A stretch of 64,000 nt of DNA, taken from Gammaproteobacteria bacterium. Its GTDB lineage: Bacteria; Pseudomonadota; Gammaproteobacteria; Eutrophobiales; Eutrophobiaceae. This document shows positions 40,812-50,717 of the stretch, piece after piece (the first letter of the stretch is position 1; every line of letters starts with the position of its first letter). The stretch covers positions 1 to 64,000 of the forward strand of contig CAXMWX010000006.1 of NCBI GenBank assembly GCA_963422205.2. Direction: 5' to 3'. A program made the position numbers and the translations under genes. The notes under the pieces were generated by a model that did no database searches, had not been told where the DNA came from, and was given only the letters and a program-made list of their open reading frames with translations.

Positions 40812-41624
40812 ATGAAGCCACACAGGCAGCGGGGTTTTACCTTGGTTGAGATCGCTATCGTTCTGGTGGTCATCGGCTTGTTGCTGGGCGGCATTCTGCG
40901 TGGTCAACAGTTGATAGCCAGTGCCCGGGTGAGAAATCTGGCCGATCAGAATTCCGGTGTGCAGGCCGCTTACTTTGGTTTTATCGACCGCTTCAGACAG
41001 ATTCCGGGCGATATGCCGGAGTGGCGTGCCTGCAAGGCCATCACCACGGATGTCAGTGCTGGCTGCCCTGGCAGTAATACGGGGGCTGGCGGGATTGGCG
41101 GTGATCAGAATGGGCGTGTGGATACCTGGCAGGAGGCGGGCGCTTTGTGGGCGCATTTATCCCATGCGAAGTTTCTGGCCGGCTCATACAGGGGTGATAC
41201 GGCGAATGCGGCGGCTTATGAGGCAGGCGTGTTGCAGAATCAGGTGCCGGGCAATGCGTTTCAGCAGCCGATATTGTTAGGCTATACCGATGGTTATGAA
41301 ACGGCGAGTACGGCGGTACCGGGCAGCACGCCCGCCGCCCCTACCGCGCGGCTGGCCTATGTGTTCGGCTCGGCCGTGCCAGCAGCCCTGCTGCGGGAGC
41401 TGGATGTGAAGCTGGATGATGGTATGCCATCCACGGGTGTGGTGCGGGCAACGACAAGCAGCGGTGCTCCGGGCGATAATTCAGCAGGCGGCGGCACGGC
41501 AGACTTTGCTGCCAGTGACGTGGTGCAGTCAGATGCGAGTTGTGTCAGCGAGCGCAACTCATCAGACGCCAGCTGGAATGTGGACAGCGATGCCATAAAT
41601 TGCAACGCCGTCTACCTGTATTAG
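40812..41624 (+). CDS. Probable major pilin
   Basis: RG|FTLVEIAIVLVVIGLLLGGIL, D.KLDDG; strong RBS and its own promoter. Confidence 0.88.
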   Translation: MKPHRQRGFTLVEIAIVLVVIGLLLGGILRGQQLIASARVRNLADQNSGVQAAYFGFIDRFRQIPGDMPEWRACKAITTDVSAGCPGSNTGAGGIGGDQNGRVDTWQEAGALWAHLSHAKFLAGSYRGDTANAAAYEAGVLQNQVPGNAFQQPILLGYTDGYETASTAVPGSTPAAPTARLAYVFGSAVPAALLRELDVKLDDGMPSTGVVRATTSSGAPGDNSAGGGTADFAASDVVQSDASCVSERNSSDASWNVDSDAINCNAVYLY

Positions 41625-41755
41625 TTTTGTACAGGATGTACTTACGCCGTGAAGCACAGGGATGTGCGGGAGCGGCGTTTAGCAGGATGTCACCGCCAGC
41701 TTGTATGAGCATGCCTGATCCAGTATGACGTATCAATCCATACGCTAATCAACCG

Positions 41756-42514
41756 ATGACCGCCGCGGCGATCAGATGTCAGGCCATCGCCAAGGATTAC
41801 CCTCGGCAACGTGTGCTGTGTGATCTTGACCTGATGGTTGCCGAGGGCGAGTTTTTTGCGCTGGTCGGGGTCAACGGGGCGGGCAAGACCACGCTGATCA
41901 AATGTATGCTGGACCTTTGCCAGCCAGGTTCAGGCGCCATCTCCCTGTTTGGTATTGACCACAGAGAACAGGCCGCCCGCTCACGGCTGGCCTATCTGCC
42001 GGAGAAATTTATCCCGCCTTATTATCTGTCCGGTCAGGATTTCATCGAGTCTATGGCAAGGCTGTATGGCACGGCATTCAAACGGAGATCGGTTCTGGAC
42101 ATGCTGGAGGTGCTGGATTTGCCCCTTGCCGCCCTGCACAAACCGGTGCGGCAATTATCCAAGGGCATGGCGCAAAAGCTGGGGCTGGCGGCTTGCCTGC
42201 TGAGTCGCCGGGAGTTGATCATCATGGATGAGCCGATGGATGGCCTGGACCCCAGGGCGAGGGCGCATCTGAAAAACTACCTGCTGGAGATCAAACACCA
42301 GCACACGTTTTTCTTCTGTACCCATTTGCTCAATGATGTCGAGGTGTTGTGTGATAATGTCGGCATTTTGCATCGGGGCGGGCTGCAATACCGGGGCAGC
42401 CCGGCGGCCTGTTGCCGGCAATTTAACACAAACGATTTTGAGCAGGCGTATATACGCTGTGTAAGCGATGCTAAGTCTGTCGCTGGTTCCGATGCAGGCG
42501 AGGATGGCGGTTGA
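41756..42514 (+). CDS. ABC transporter ATP-binding protein
   Basis: GVNGAGKTT, LSKGM, MDEP.DGLDP, H-loop. Confidence 0.93.
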   Translation: MTAAAIRCQAIAKDYPRQRVLCDLDLMVAEGEFFALVGVNGAGKTTLIKCMLDLCQPGSGAISLFGIDHREQAARSRLAYLPEKFIPPYYLSGQDFIESMARLYGTAFKRRSVLDMLEVLDLPLAALHKPVRQLSKGMAQKLGLAACLLSRRELIIMDEPMDGLDPRARAHLKNYLLEIKHQHTFFFCTHLLNDVEVLCDNVGILHRGGLQYRGSPAACCRQFNTNDFEQAYIRCVSDAKSVAGSDAGEDGG

Positions 42515-43096
42515 GTTTCATGCACAGACGTGCGCCCTGCTCTCACCAGCATCATGTTCTCCGGCCCAATCTGCGCGCCTGTACCCGTGCGGGATTCGGA
42601 TACAGGCATAACCCAACTCGTCAGAGAACCGCCCGCCTGTACCGTTCAGGCCAGACTGGTCATCGGGTCGTCCGGGTCATCGTGCTGGAAAACGGCAGGC
42701 TGGTAGATGATACGGTGCTGAAGGTAAGCCACAGCGACAGGACAGGCGCCAGCAGCGGGCCTTTATCAAGGCCGAGGAAGATCAGGCCGAAAAAAATCAC
42801 GCAAGGCAGCACCGGCAGATAGTACAAACCCCGGCGGGGCAGGCGGGCTTGCAGGGCGAAGATGAGGCGGCGGCGGATACCGGGGCGGGGGCCGCCTGCC
42901 GCCCTGCCGCCAGCGAAATTGCCCGCAGGCGGTACTCCCTGATGAGGGGGAAAAGCAGAAGCGGTGCGCCTTGATGAGTAGAGGGCAAGCAAGCCAATCG
43001 CCCTGATCACGCCCCCTTCGGATTAGGACAGACCCTTCACCTGCAAACATCAACAATGGCTGGTGCTGGCTGTGATAAAGCTCGCCGAGTGTGGGG

Positions 43097-43570
43097 CTAG
43101 CGGCGTGCTGCCGTGTCATTGTTGATGGCGGCGGCGACCTTGTGCTTGGTTTTGATATAGTCGCTGTGCGAGATGTATAACAAGTCGGCTATCTTGCGTA
43201 GATAGTACTCCTCGTATTTGTCCAGCACCGCATCAGCAAAGGCAACCTCCCACAATGCCTCCAGCAGTTGCAGCTTGTCTGTCTGGCTCAAGGAGTCATT
43301 TAAGAAGCGAGTAAACTGATACAGCGAGACGGCCTTGTCGACCTCGGCCTCGGCGGTGCTGATCAGCATTTCAGTCTCGGCGGGTGATTGCAGAAAATGC
43401 TGTGTCAGCACGGCCTTCATCGCCTCCCGTTCAGCCTCGTCAAAATCCGCATCGGCCAGGCCGATCTCCAGCATTAACACAGCCGCACATAACTCAATTC
43501 GATTTGTCGGTGCTTCCTGTTCGGGCCGGGTGAATTGTTGCTGGACTATATCCATCAGCGATTTGACCAT
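43097..43570 (-). CDS. TerB-family protein
   Basis: AVLMLE...AD, LWEVAFAD..LDKYEE..LRKIADLL. Confidence 0.85.
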   Translation of the reverse strand: MVKSLMDIVQQQFTRPEQEAPTNRIELCAAVLMLEIGLADADFDEAEREAMKAVLTQHFLQSPAETEMLISTAEAEVDKAVSLYQFTRFLNDSLSQTDKLQLLEALWEVAFADAVLDKYEEYYLRKIADLLYISHSDYIKTKHKVAAAINNDTAARR

Positions 43571-43581
43571 AAACCCTCGCC

Positions 43582-43893
43582 CTAATGTTGTTGCTGTTGA
43601 TAAGTACCATCGTTAAAGCCGGAAAAATAATGCGCGATCAATGGGTGGTTGATTTGCTCGCCGGATTCATCCGCCCTGAGATTGCGTTCAGCCACATAGG
43701 TTTGATGCCGTGACCCATCAACCAGTACCTGATACCAGGGATGATCCCTGGGCGGCTTCGAGATGGCCATCTGCTGATACCATTGCTCGGTGCCCTGAAA
43801 GACCGGATCAACATCAATGATGACGCCCCGATAATCAAACCGTTGATGACGGATGATCTGGCCGATACTGAATTTTGCTTGCCTGATGCTCAT
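43582..43893 (-). CDS. hspQ: Heat shock protein HspQ
   Basis: AKFSIGQIIRH..FDYRGVIIDVDP, PWY, TYVAERNL. Confidence 0.92.
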   Translation of the reverse strand: MSIRQAKFSIGQIIRHQRFDYRGVIIDVDPVFQGTEQWYQQMAISKPPRDHPWYQVLVDGSRHQTYVAERNLRADESGEQINHPLIAHYFSGFNDGTYQQQQH

Positions 43894-43945
43894 AAGCCGA
43901 TTATTTTCCTGATCATATCACGCTATTGTAACCTTAAATCAGCCG

Positions 43946-44713
43946 ATGCCATACAAACGTATTTATCTCAAACAGCCGCTCTCTGTCGGTCAGCAAGTGA
44001 GCACCGGCAAGGACACGGCGCATTATCTGGCGACTGTGTTACGTTGTCGTGTGGGGGATGGGGTCCTGCTGTTTGATGGCAGCGGAGAGAGTTATGCGGC
44101 AGAGATACAGGCCATCACCAGGCAGTCCGTGAGCTTGTCGGTCACCGCCTGTATCCCCGCCGTGAAATCACCAGCCATTGACATTACCCTGGCCTGTGCC
44201 ATCGCTAAAGGGCCACGCATGGATTATGCTGTGCAGAAGGCGGTTGAACTGGGCGTAAATCACATCGTGCCATTGTTCACGGCACGGGGTGTTGTCAAAC
44301 TGACCAAGGCACGCATCAGCAACCGCCATGCACACTGGCAGAAGATCATCATCCATGCCTGTGAGCAATCCGGCCGAAGTGATCTGCCCGGCTTGTCGTT
44401 GCCGCAGTCGCTTGAGTCCTGGCTGACCGCCACCCGCCCGGCAGATAACGATACAAAAAAGATCATATTCTCATTACAGAGCAAGCGCTTTTTACCGGCC
44501 AATGGCGCTACGCCGTCAAGCTGCATCGTGCTGTTAGGCCCGGAAGGGGATTTCAGCGCCGAGGAGGAACGGCTGGCGCGCCATGCCGGCTATGAGGCCA
44601 TCAGCCTGGGGCCGAGAGTGTTACGCACCGAGACAGCCGTGGCGGCGGCGCTGACCACCGTGCAGGTGTTCTGGGGTGATATGCGGGCAGAAAATAGCCC
44701 GCCGGAGCGTTAG
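43946..44713 (+). CDS. rsmE: 16S rRNA m3U1498 methyltransferase
   Basis: QKAVELGV, ACEQSGR, GPEG, LGPRVLRTETA. Confidence 0.95.
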   Translation: MPYKRIYLKQPLSVGQQVSTGKDTAHYLATVLRCRVGDGVLLFDGSGESYAAEIQAITRQSVSLSVTACIPAVKSPAIDITLACAIAKGPRMDYAVQKAVELGVNHIVPLFTARGVVKLTKARISNRHAHWQKIIIHACEQSGRSDLPGLSLPQSLESWLTATRPADNDTKKIIFSLQSKRFLPANGATPSSCIVLLGPEGDFSAEEERLARHAGYEAISLGPRVLRTETAVAAALTTVQVFWGDMRAENSPPER

Positions 44714-44767
44714 GTTGACGGCAACAGCCAGTGTATACTGGCATGAAATCCACCTCCCAGGCGCCTC

Positions 44768-46063
44768 ATGCGTATTAACTCAACTGCCCCTGTCCCGCAT
44801 CTGCGTACTGCCCTGACTGGCGCCCTGGAACAGGTAGAGCGCCAGATTCTGGCCGGGCAGGTGACGATCGAATCCTGGTTTCGGGCCGAGTGGCGCAAGA
44901 CACCGGCGCCGTTTTATGCCTCCGTGGATTTACGCAATGCCGGATTCAAGATTGCACCGGTGGATACCAATCTGTTCCCCGCCGGTTTTAATAACCTGAA
45001 CCCGGCCTTTGAGTCCTTATGTATTCAGGCCGTGCAACAGGCCATAGAGCGTCTGCCAACGCCGGTCGATGAGATCGTCATCATTCCGGAAAACCACACC
45101 CGCAATCTGTTTTATCTGGAGAACATCGCCGTCTTGCAGGGCATCATCGAAAAAGCCGGTTTCTCGGTAAAGCTCGGCTCGCTGATCCCTGAACTGGAGA
45201 TGGCCATGCACATCGATCTGCCTTCCGGTAAACACATCACCTTAACGCCGCTGGAGGCTGTTGACGGACGGCTACAGGCCGCTGGTTTTGATCCGGATCT
45301 CATCGTACTTAATAATGATCTGTCCGCTGGCGTCCCGGCGCTCCTCACCGGCATAGAGCAAGCCATTATTCCGGCGATGGATCTTGGCTGGTCGCAACGG
45401 CTGAAATCAGAGCATTTTGGTTTTTATCGTGATGTTGCCAGTGAGTTTGCCGAGATGATTGCCATCGATCCCTGGGTGATCGATCCGGCGTTCAGGAATT
45501 GCGGCGAGGTGGATTTTATGAAACGGGAGGGCGAGTCCTGCCTGTCCAGCAACATCACGCTGCTGCTCCATGCCATACAGAAAAAATACGATGAGTACGG
45601 CGTTGACAGCCGCCCGTTTGTCATCGTGAAGGCCGATTCAGGCAGCTATGGCATGGGCGTTATCACTGTCTACAGCGCTGATGAGTTGCTGGACCTGAAC
45701 CGCCGCCAGCGCACCCGCATGGCCACCACCAAGGAAGGGCAGAAGATCACCAAGGCCATCATCCAGGAAGGCGTGTATACCCATGAGACCTGGGGCGAGG
45801 TCGACAGCGTTGCCGAGCCGGTGGTGTACATGATCGATCAAAACGTGGTCGGCGGGTTTTACCGGGTGCATGCAAAAAAAGCCACCGATGAGAACCTGAA
45901 CTCGCCGGGGATGCGCTTTGAGATGCTGGCCTTTGAAGACTGCTGTAATTCGCCGGACCGGCAGCAGGCACCGGATGCCCATCAAAACCGCTTTTATGCC
46001 TACGGCGTGATAGCGCGGCTGGCCCTGCTGGCGGCGGCGCGTGAGGCGGCACAACTGGGCTGA
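44768..46063 (+). CDS. gshA: Glutamate-cysteine ligase (Acidithiobacillus-type GshA)
   Basis: VPHL.TAL, PFYASVDLRNAGFK.APVDTNLFP.GFNNL, NRFYAYGV.ARLA. Confidence 0.93.
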   Translation: MRINSTAPVPHLRTALTGALEQVERQILAGQVTIESWFRAEWRKTPAPFYASVDLRNAGFKIAPVDTNLFPAGFNNLNPAFESLCIQAVQQAIERLPTPVDEIVIIPENHTRNLFYLENIAVLQGIIEKAGFSVKLGSLIPELEMAMHIDLPSGKHITLTPLEAVDGRLQAAGFDPDLIVLNNDLSAGVPALLTGIEQAIIPAMDLGWSQRLKSEHFGFYRDVASEFAEMIAIDPWVIDPAFRNCGEVDFMKREGESCLSSNITLLLHAIQKKYDEYGVDSRPFVIVKADSGSYGMGVITVYSADELLDLNRRQRTRMATTKEGQKITKAIIQEGVYTHETWGEVDSVAEPVVYMIDQNVVGGFYRVHAKKATDENLNSPGMRFEMLAFEDCCNSPDRQQAPDAHQNRFYAYGVIARLALLAAAREAAQLG

Positions 46064-46095
46064 GCACCCGCTGGCGATAGCAGAGGTTAAGCGAG

Positions 46096-47382
46096 ATGGG
46101 CGAAGTCAACTGGGCTAACCGCACGCTGTGGACGGCGGATAACCTGAAAGTCATGCGCGGCATGAACTCTGGCACGGTGGACTTGATCTACCTTGACCCG
46201 CCGTTCAACTCCAAAAAAGACTACGCCGCCCCCATAGGCTCCCAGGCCGCCGGCGCCGCTTTTCAGGACACCTGGAGCCTGGATGATGTCAAGCGTGAAT
46301 GGGCTGAGGACATTCAAGCCGATAACACCGCCACCTGGAGTGCGATCACTGTCGCCGGTTTTACCAACGGCGACAGCGCCCAGGCCTACCTGACTTACAT
46401 GGCTATCCGGCTGATTGAAATGCGCCGCATCTTAAAGCCGACCGGATCGATTTATCTGCACTGTGACCCGACCATGAGCCATTATTTGAAGCTGGCGATG
46501 GATGCGATATTCGGGGCGCGGAAATTTCGACGCGAATTGATTTGGAACCTGCAAACGACATCGGGTTACAAATCGCAAGCCGTAGGATACATTCGGGGAC
46601 ACGACACTCTGCTATATTATACGAACAGCAGCAACTTCTCTTTCAACAAGCAATACCTGCCACATAAACAGGAATATATCGCCCGCTTCAAAAAGATCGA
46701 TGATGCGGGACGGCAGTATAGGGATGATCGTTCAGGTGGCAGGCGTCAGTATCTTGACCAGACAAAAGGCGTTCAGCTAACCGATGTGTGGTCAGACATT
46801 ATGTCTTTCCAACAGGCCGCTACAGCAGCAGAAATTACAGGCTATCCAACACAAAAACCACTCGCCCTGCTGGAGCGAATTATCAAGGCCAGTTCCAACC
46901 CCGGCGAGCTGGTGCTTGATCCCTTCTGCGGCTGTGCCACGACCTGTGTTGCTGCGGAGCGGCTGGGGCGTCAATGGGCTGGCATAGACATAGAAGAGCA
47001 GGCAAGAGAGCTGGTGGTCTCTCGTTTGCAAATGCAGGCCGATGACGGGGCGCTTCTCAATGGCGATAAACTGCCAGACATTCACCATCTCAAACGCCCG
47101 CCCAGGCGCACGGATCCTGATACGCCCAGGCGCTCGAAAAACATCAAGCAACGGCTGTATGAAAGACAGCAGGGCCGTTGTGCTGGCCAGTGCGGGGATG
47201 ATAAACAGGGCCGCCGACTGGACCTGGATTTATTTGAGGTGGATCACATTATCCCGCGCGCAAAAGGCGGCGCCGATGTGGATGATAATTTGCAGTTGCT
47301 CTGCCCGACCTGCAACCGCATCAAAGGCTCAAGAACGATGAGTTATCTGCTTGGCAGGACCGCTGACAAGCACCTTAGGTAA
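46096..47382 (+). CDS. DNA amino-methyltransferase fused to a C-terminal HNH domain
   Basis: YLDPPFNS, YPTQKP, DPFCGCATT; then CAGQC...EVDHIIPRAKGGAD..DNLQLLC..CN..K. Confidence 0.88.
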   Translation: MGEVNWANRTLWTADNLKVMRGMNSGTVDLIYLDPPFNSKKDYAAPIGSQAAGAAFQDTWSLDDVKREWAEDIQADNTATWSAITVAGFTNGDSAQAYLTYMAIRLIEMRRILKPTGSIYLHCDPTMSHYLKLAMDAIFGARKFRRELIWNLQTTSGYKSQAVGYIRGHDTLLYYTNSSNFSFNKQYLPHKQEYIARFKKIDDAGRQYRDDRSGGRRQYLDQTKGVQLTDVWSDIMSFQQAATAAEITGYPTQKPLALLERIIKASSNPGELVLDPFCGCATTCVAAERLGRQWAGIDIEEQARELVVSRLQMQADDGALLNGDKLPDIHHLKRPPRRTDPDTPRRSKNIKQRLYERQQGRCAGQCGDDKQGRRLDLDLFEVDHIIPRAKGGADVDDNLQLLCPTCNRIKGSRTMSYLLGRTADKHLR

Positions 47383-47454
47383 ACCGGCTGCGCTTCCCTG
47401 CCCGCCGCTACCCGCCCCCTGCCGTCACCTGTCTATCGCCAGGATACCATGGCT

Positions 47455-48171
47455 TTACCGGCTCTTTAATCTCGCCTTTACCGCTTTTACGTGTCGGCGG
47501 CTGACCGGCAGGGGGCGGGGTATTCCCCTTAGCCTGACAGTGTGATTGCCATCGTTATCACGCTCCAGTGCTTCGATGAATTTGACGGCCACCAGCGCAT
47601 TGCGGTGGATACGCAGGAAGTGTCCGGCAAATTCACACGCCAGTTTTTTCAAAGGCTCATCCGTGAGCATTTCTCTCTCGGCGGTGAATATGGAGACGTA
47701 TTTTTGCTCGGCACGGAAGCACAGAATGTGATCGACTGGAATGAGTTCGATTTTGCCATGTGCTGTAACCGCCAGGTGTTGCCTTGTGGCCTGCAAGTGG
47801 CGTAACTGGCGCATGGACAGCGCCGATGCCTTGGCAATCGCCTGTTGCAGGCGCTGGCGACGTATCGGTTTCAGCAGGTAGTCGATGGCATTGGCATCAA
47901 ATGCGGCCAGGGCATGTTCCTCATAGGCCGTGGTGAACAGAATGGCCGGGGGCGTATCCAGCCTGGCGATGTGGTGGGCGGTTTCCAGACCGTCCATGAC
48001 CGGCATACGGATATCCAGCAGGATAATATCAACCGGCTGCCGGTTGAGCTGCTGTAATGCCTGCTGGCCGTTTGCCGCCTGGTGGATGGTAAATCCCGCA
48101 TCAAGCTCCTGTAACAGACCCAAAAGGCGCTGGCGTGCCAGCGGCTCATCATCAACGATTAAGATCTTCAC
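47455..48171 (-). CDS. algR: LytTR response regulator AlgR-like
   Basis: REC domain, AEQKYV, FLRIHRNALV, VSRR. Confidence 0.85.
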   Translation of the reverse strand: MKILIVDDEPLARQRLLGLLQELDAGFTIHQAANGQQALQQLNRQPVDIILLDIRMPVMDGLETAHHIARLDTPPAILFTTAYEEHALAAFDANAIDYLLKPIRRQRLQQAIAKASALSMRQLRHLQATRQHLAVTAHGKIELIPVDHILCFRAEQKYVSIFTAEREMLTDEPLKKLACEFAGHFLRIHRNALVAVKFIEALERDNDGNHTVRLRGIPRPLPVSRRHVKAVKARLKSR

Positions 48172-49226
48172 GCATCCTCTTCACAGGCAAGCGGAATGGT
48201 CAACTCAACCACATAAGTCGCCTCCTGTTCCCTGATGTGTAACAGATTCTTGCGCTGGTACAGGGCTTGCAGGCGGCTGTTGATGTTCTGCTGTGCAACG
48301 CGGTTGCCCTCATGCGGCGGGTGGGCGGCCTTTGCTATCGGATTGGAGACCGTGATGTGCAGGTCTTTGCCATCATCGCTACAGTGAATCGTTATACAGC
48401 CGCCCTCCGCCAGCGGTTCAATGCCGTGGCAGATCGCATTTTCAATCAGGGGTTGCAGGCAGAGAGCCGGCAGCTTAACCGCATTGTATTGTGCCTTGAC
48501 CTGCCAGCTTACCTGCAACCTGTCGCCCAGCCGTAACTTTTCCATACGCAGGTATTGCTCACACACCCGCTTCTCATCGGCCAGCGTACTCAAGCGCCCG
48601 GCATTATTCAGACTGGCCCGGAACAAATCGGCCAGATCATGCACGGCCTCCTCGGCGCTTTGTGGCTGCTGCCGGATCAGGCTGGCGATGGTGTTCATGC
48701 AGTTAAATAAAAAATGTGGCCGGATGCGTGATTGCAGGGCGGCAAAGCGCGCCTCGGATTCGAGCTGTAGCTGTCTGCGCCATTGTTGCTGAATGTAAAG
48801 GTAGCGCAACACCAGGGCGCTGACCACGGCGCTGATCCCGACGCTCTTGCCCAGGAACAGCAGGTGTGCCGAGCCGTTTCGGCTGGCGGCCGGCGGTCTA
48901 AATTCCAGCCAGGCAATCTCGCTGATGATCAGTGTCACGCCGATGGCGAGCAGATAACATATCGTGGCCACCCGGCCGGCGGGCAGGTGTTGTATGTGCT
49001 GGCGCAACAGGCAGATGCTGCCAGTGCAGGTCAATGCGATCCATTGGATGAACAGTGAATTGGTGGCGAGCGTATACAGCGCATTATCGCCCTCGTTATC
49101 GCCCTGGGGCAGTTGTGCTAGGGTCAGGATGATGGCCAGCAACTCGGCGATGAGCACCACCACAAAGACGATGCGGGCCGAGCAGAAGTCAGGCAGAAAC
49201 GTGGTATTTTTATCAGCACTATTCAT
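48168..49226 (-). CDS. algZ: Sensor kinase AlgZ/FimS-like
   Basis: FLPDFC, ALQSRIRPHFLFN, LQPLIENA; divergent from argH. Confidence 0.85.
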   Translation of the reverse strand: MNSADKNTTFLPDFCSARIVFVVVLIAELLAIILTLAQLPQGDNEGDNALYTLATNSLFIQWIALTCTGSICLLRQHIQHLPAGRVATICYLLAIGVTLIISEIAWLEFRPPAASRNGSAHLLFLGKSVGISAVVSALVLRYLYIQQQWRRQLQLESEARFAALQSRIRPHFLFNCMNTIASLIRQQPQSAEEAVHDLADLFRASLNNAGRLSTLADEKRVCEQYLRMEKLRLGDRLQVSWQVKAQYNAVKLPALCLQPLIENAICHGIEPLAEGGCITIHCSDDGKDLHITVSNPIAKAAHPPHEGNRVAQQNINSRLQALYQRKNLLHIREQEATYVVELTIPLACEEDA

Positions 49227-49292
49227 CTGTCAGCCGCTATCGAGCAGATGCTGTATACTCAAAGGCTTTTCGCACAGCATGTAGTGTAAACC

Positions 49293-50717
49293 ATGACATC
49301 GGAGCAGAAAACAGTAAAGCCTTGGGCTGGCCGGTTTGCCCAGCAGACCGATACATTTGTTGAGCAGTTCACCGAATCGGTGAGTTTTGACCAGCGACTG
49401 GCGGCCTATGACATTCAAGGCTCGCTGGCGCACAGCAACATGCTGCATAAGGCGGGTTTGTTAAGTGCCGCTGAACTGGCGCAGATCAGCACCGGACTAA
49501 AAACTGTTCTGCGGCAGATAGAGCAGGGAAAATTTCAGTGGAAACAAGCGCTTGAAGATGTTCACATGAATATTGAAGCGGCCCTGACGAGACAGATTGG
49601 CGAGGTGGGTAAAAAAGTCCATACCGGGCGTTCCCGCAACGATCAGATCGCCACCGATTTGCGGCTGTATCTGCGGGCTGAAATACACACCATCCTTGGC
49701 CTGTTGCACGAGACGATGACGGCGCTGGTTGCCCTGGCCGAGCAGGAACATGCCAGCCTGATGCCCGGGTTCACCCACCTGCAAGCCGCACAGCCGGTGA
49801 CCTTTGGTCACCACATGCTGGCCTGGTTTGAAATGCTGAAGCGTGATGTGGGGCGCTTGCAGGATTGTCAGCGACGGCTGGATGTCATGCCGCTGGGCGC
49901 TGCGGCCCTGGCCGGTACGCGCTACCCCATCGATCGTGCCTATACTGCCTCTCTGCTGGGCTTTGGCGGCGTGGCGGAAAACTCGCTGGATGCGGTCAGC
50001 GATCGGGATTTTGCGATTGAATTTGCGGCGGCAGCTTCTCTGTTGATGATGCACCTGTCGCGTTTCTCCGAGGAGATTATTTTATGGGTCTCGCCGCAAT
50101 ATGCGTTTATCGACATTGCTGATGCTTATTGCACCGGCTCATCTATCATGCCGCAGAAGAAAAACCCGGATGTCGCTGAACTGGTCAGGGGCAAGAGCGG
50201 TCGCGTGTTCGGTGCTCTGATGGCGCTGTTGACCTTGATGAAGGCACAGCCGCTGGCCTATAACCGCGACAACCAGGAAGATAAAACACAGCTATTTGAT
50301 ACGGTCGATACGGTGAAGCTCTGCCTGACGGCCTATGCCGGTTTGATTCCATCTGTCACGGTGCGGCGGGAGGTGCTGGAGAAGGCGCTGGCCAGGGGGT
50401 TTGTTGCGGCCACTGATCTGGCCGATTATCTGGTGGGGAAAGGCATACCGTTTCGTGATGCTCATGCCATCGTTGGCCGGATCGTACACCATGCCATCGA
50501 ACACGATACGCCGCTTGAGCAGCTTGAGCTGTCTGTCTTGCAGGGGTTTTCTGAGCAAATTACCGCCGATGTGTGCGATTATCTTAAACCTCGTGCCTGT
50601 GTCAGTGCCAGAGACCATATCGGCGGCACAGCACCGCAGCAGGTGCTGGCTGCTGTTGTTCGGGCTAAAAATTATCTAAACCATCTTCAACCAACAGGAA
50701 ATGCAACCGATGCCTAA
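49293..50717 (+). CDS. argH: Argininosuccinate lyase
   Basis: [28 protein letters not shown]. Confidence 0.98.
   Translation: MTSEQKTVKPWAGRFAQQTDTFVEQFTESVSFDQRLAAYDIQGSLAHSNMLHKAGLLSAAELAQISTGLKTVLRQIEQGKFQWKQALEDVHMNIEAALTRQIGEVGKKVHTGRSRNDQIATDLRLYLRAEIHTILGLLHETMTALVALAEQEHASLMPGFTHLQAAQPVTFGHHMLAWFEMLKRDVGRLQDCQRRLDVMPLGAAALAGTRYPIDRAYTASLLGFGGVAENSLDAVSDRDFAIEFAAAASLLMMHLSRFSEEIILWVSPQYAFIDIADAYCTGSSIMPQKKNPDVAELVRGKSGRVFGALMALLTLMKAQPLAYNRDNQEDKTQLFDTVDTVKLCLTAYAGLIPSVTVRREVLEKALARGFVAATDLADYLVGKGIPFRDAHAIVGRIVHHAIEHDTPLEQLELSVLQGFSEQITADVCDYLKPRACVSARDHIGGTAPQQVLAAVVRAKNYLNHLQPTGNATDA

Noticed and set aside
42511-43096. Short ORFs on both strands; RVIVLENGRLV resembles an ABC ATPase tail
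   Set aside because: Too short and low-complexity to assign; probably degraded sequence
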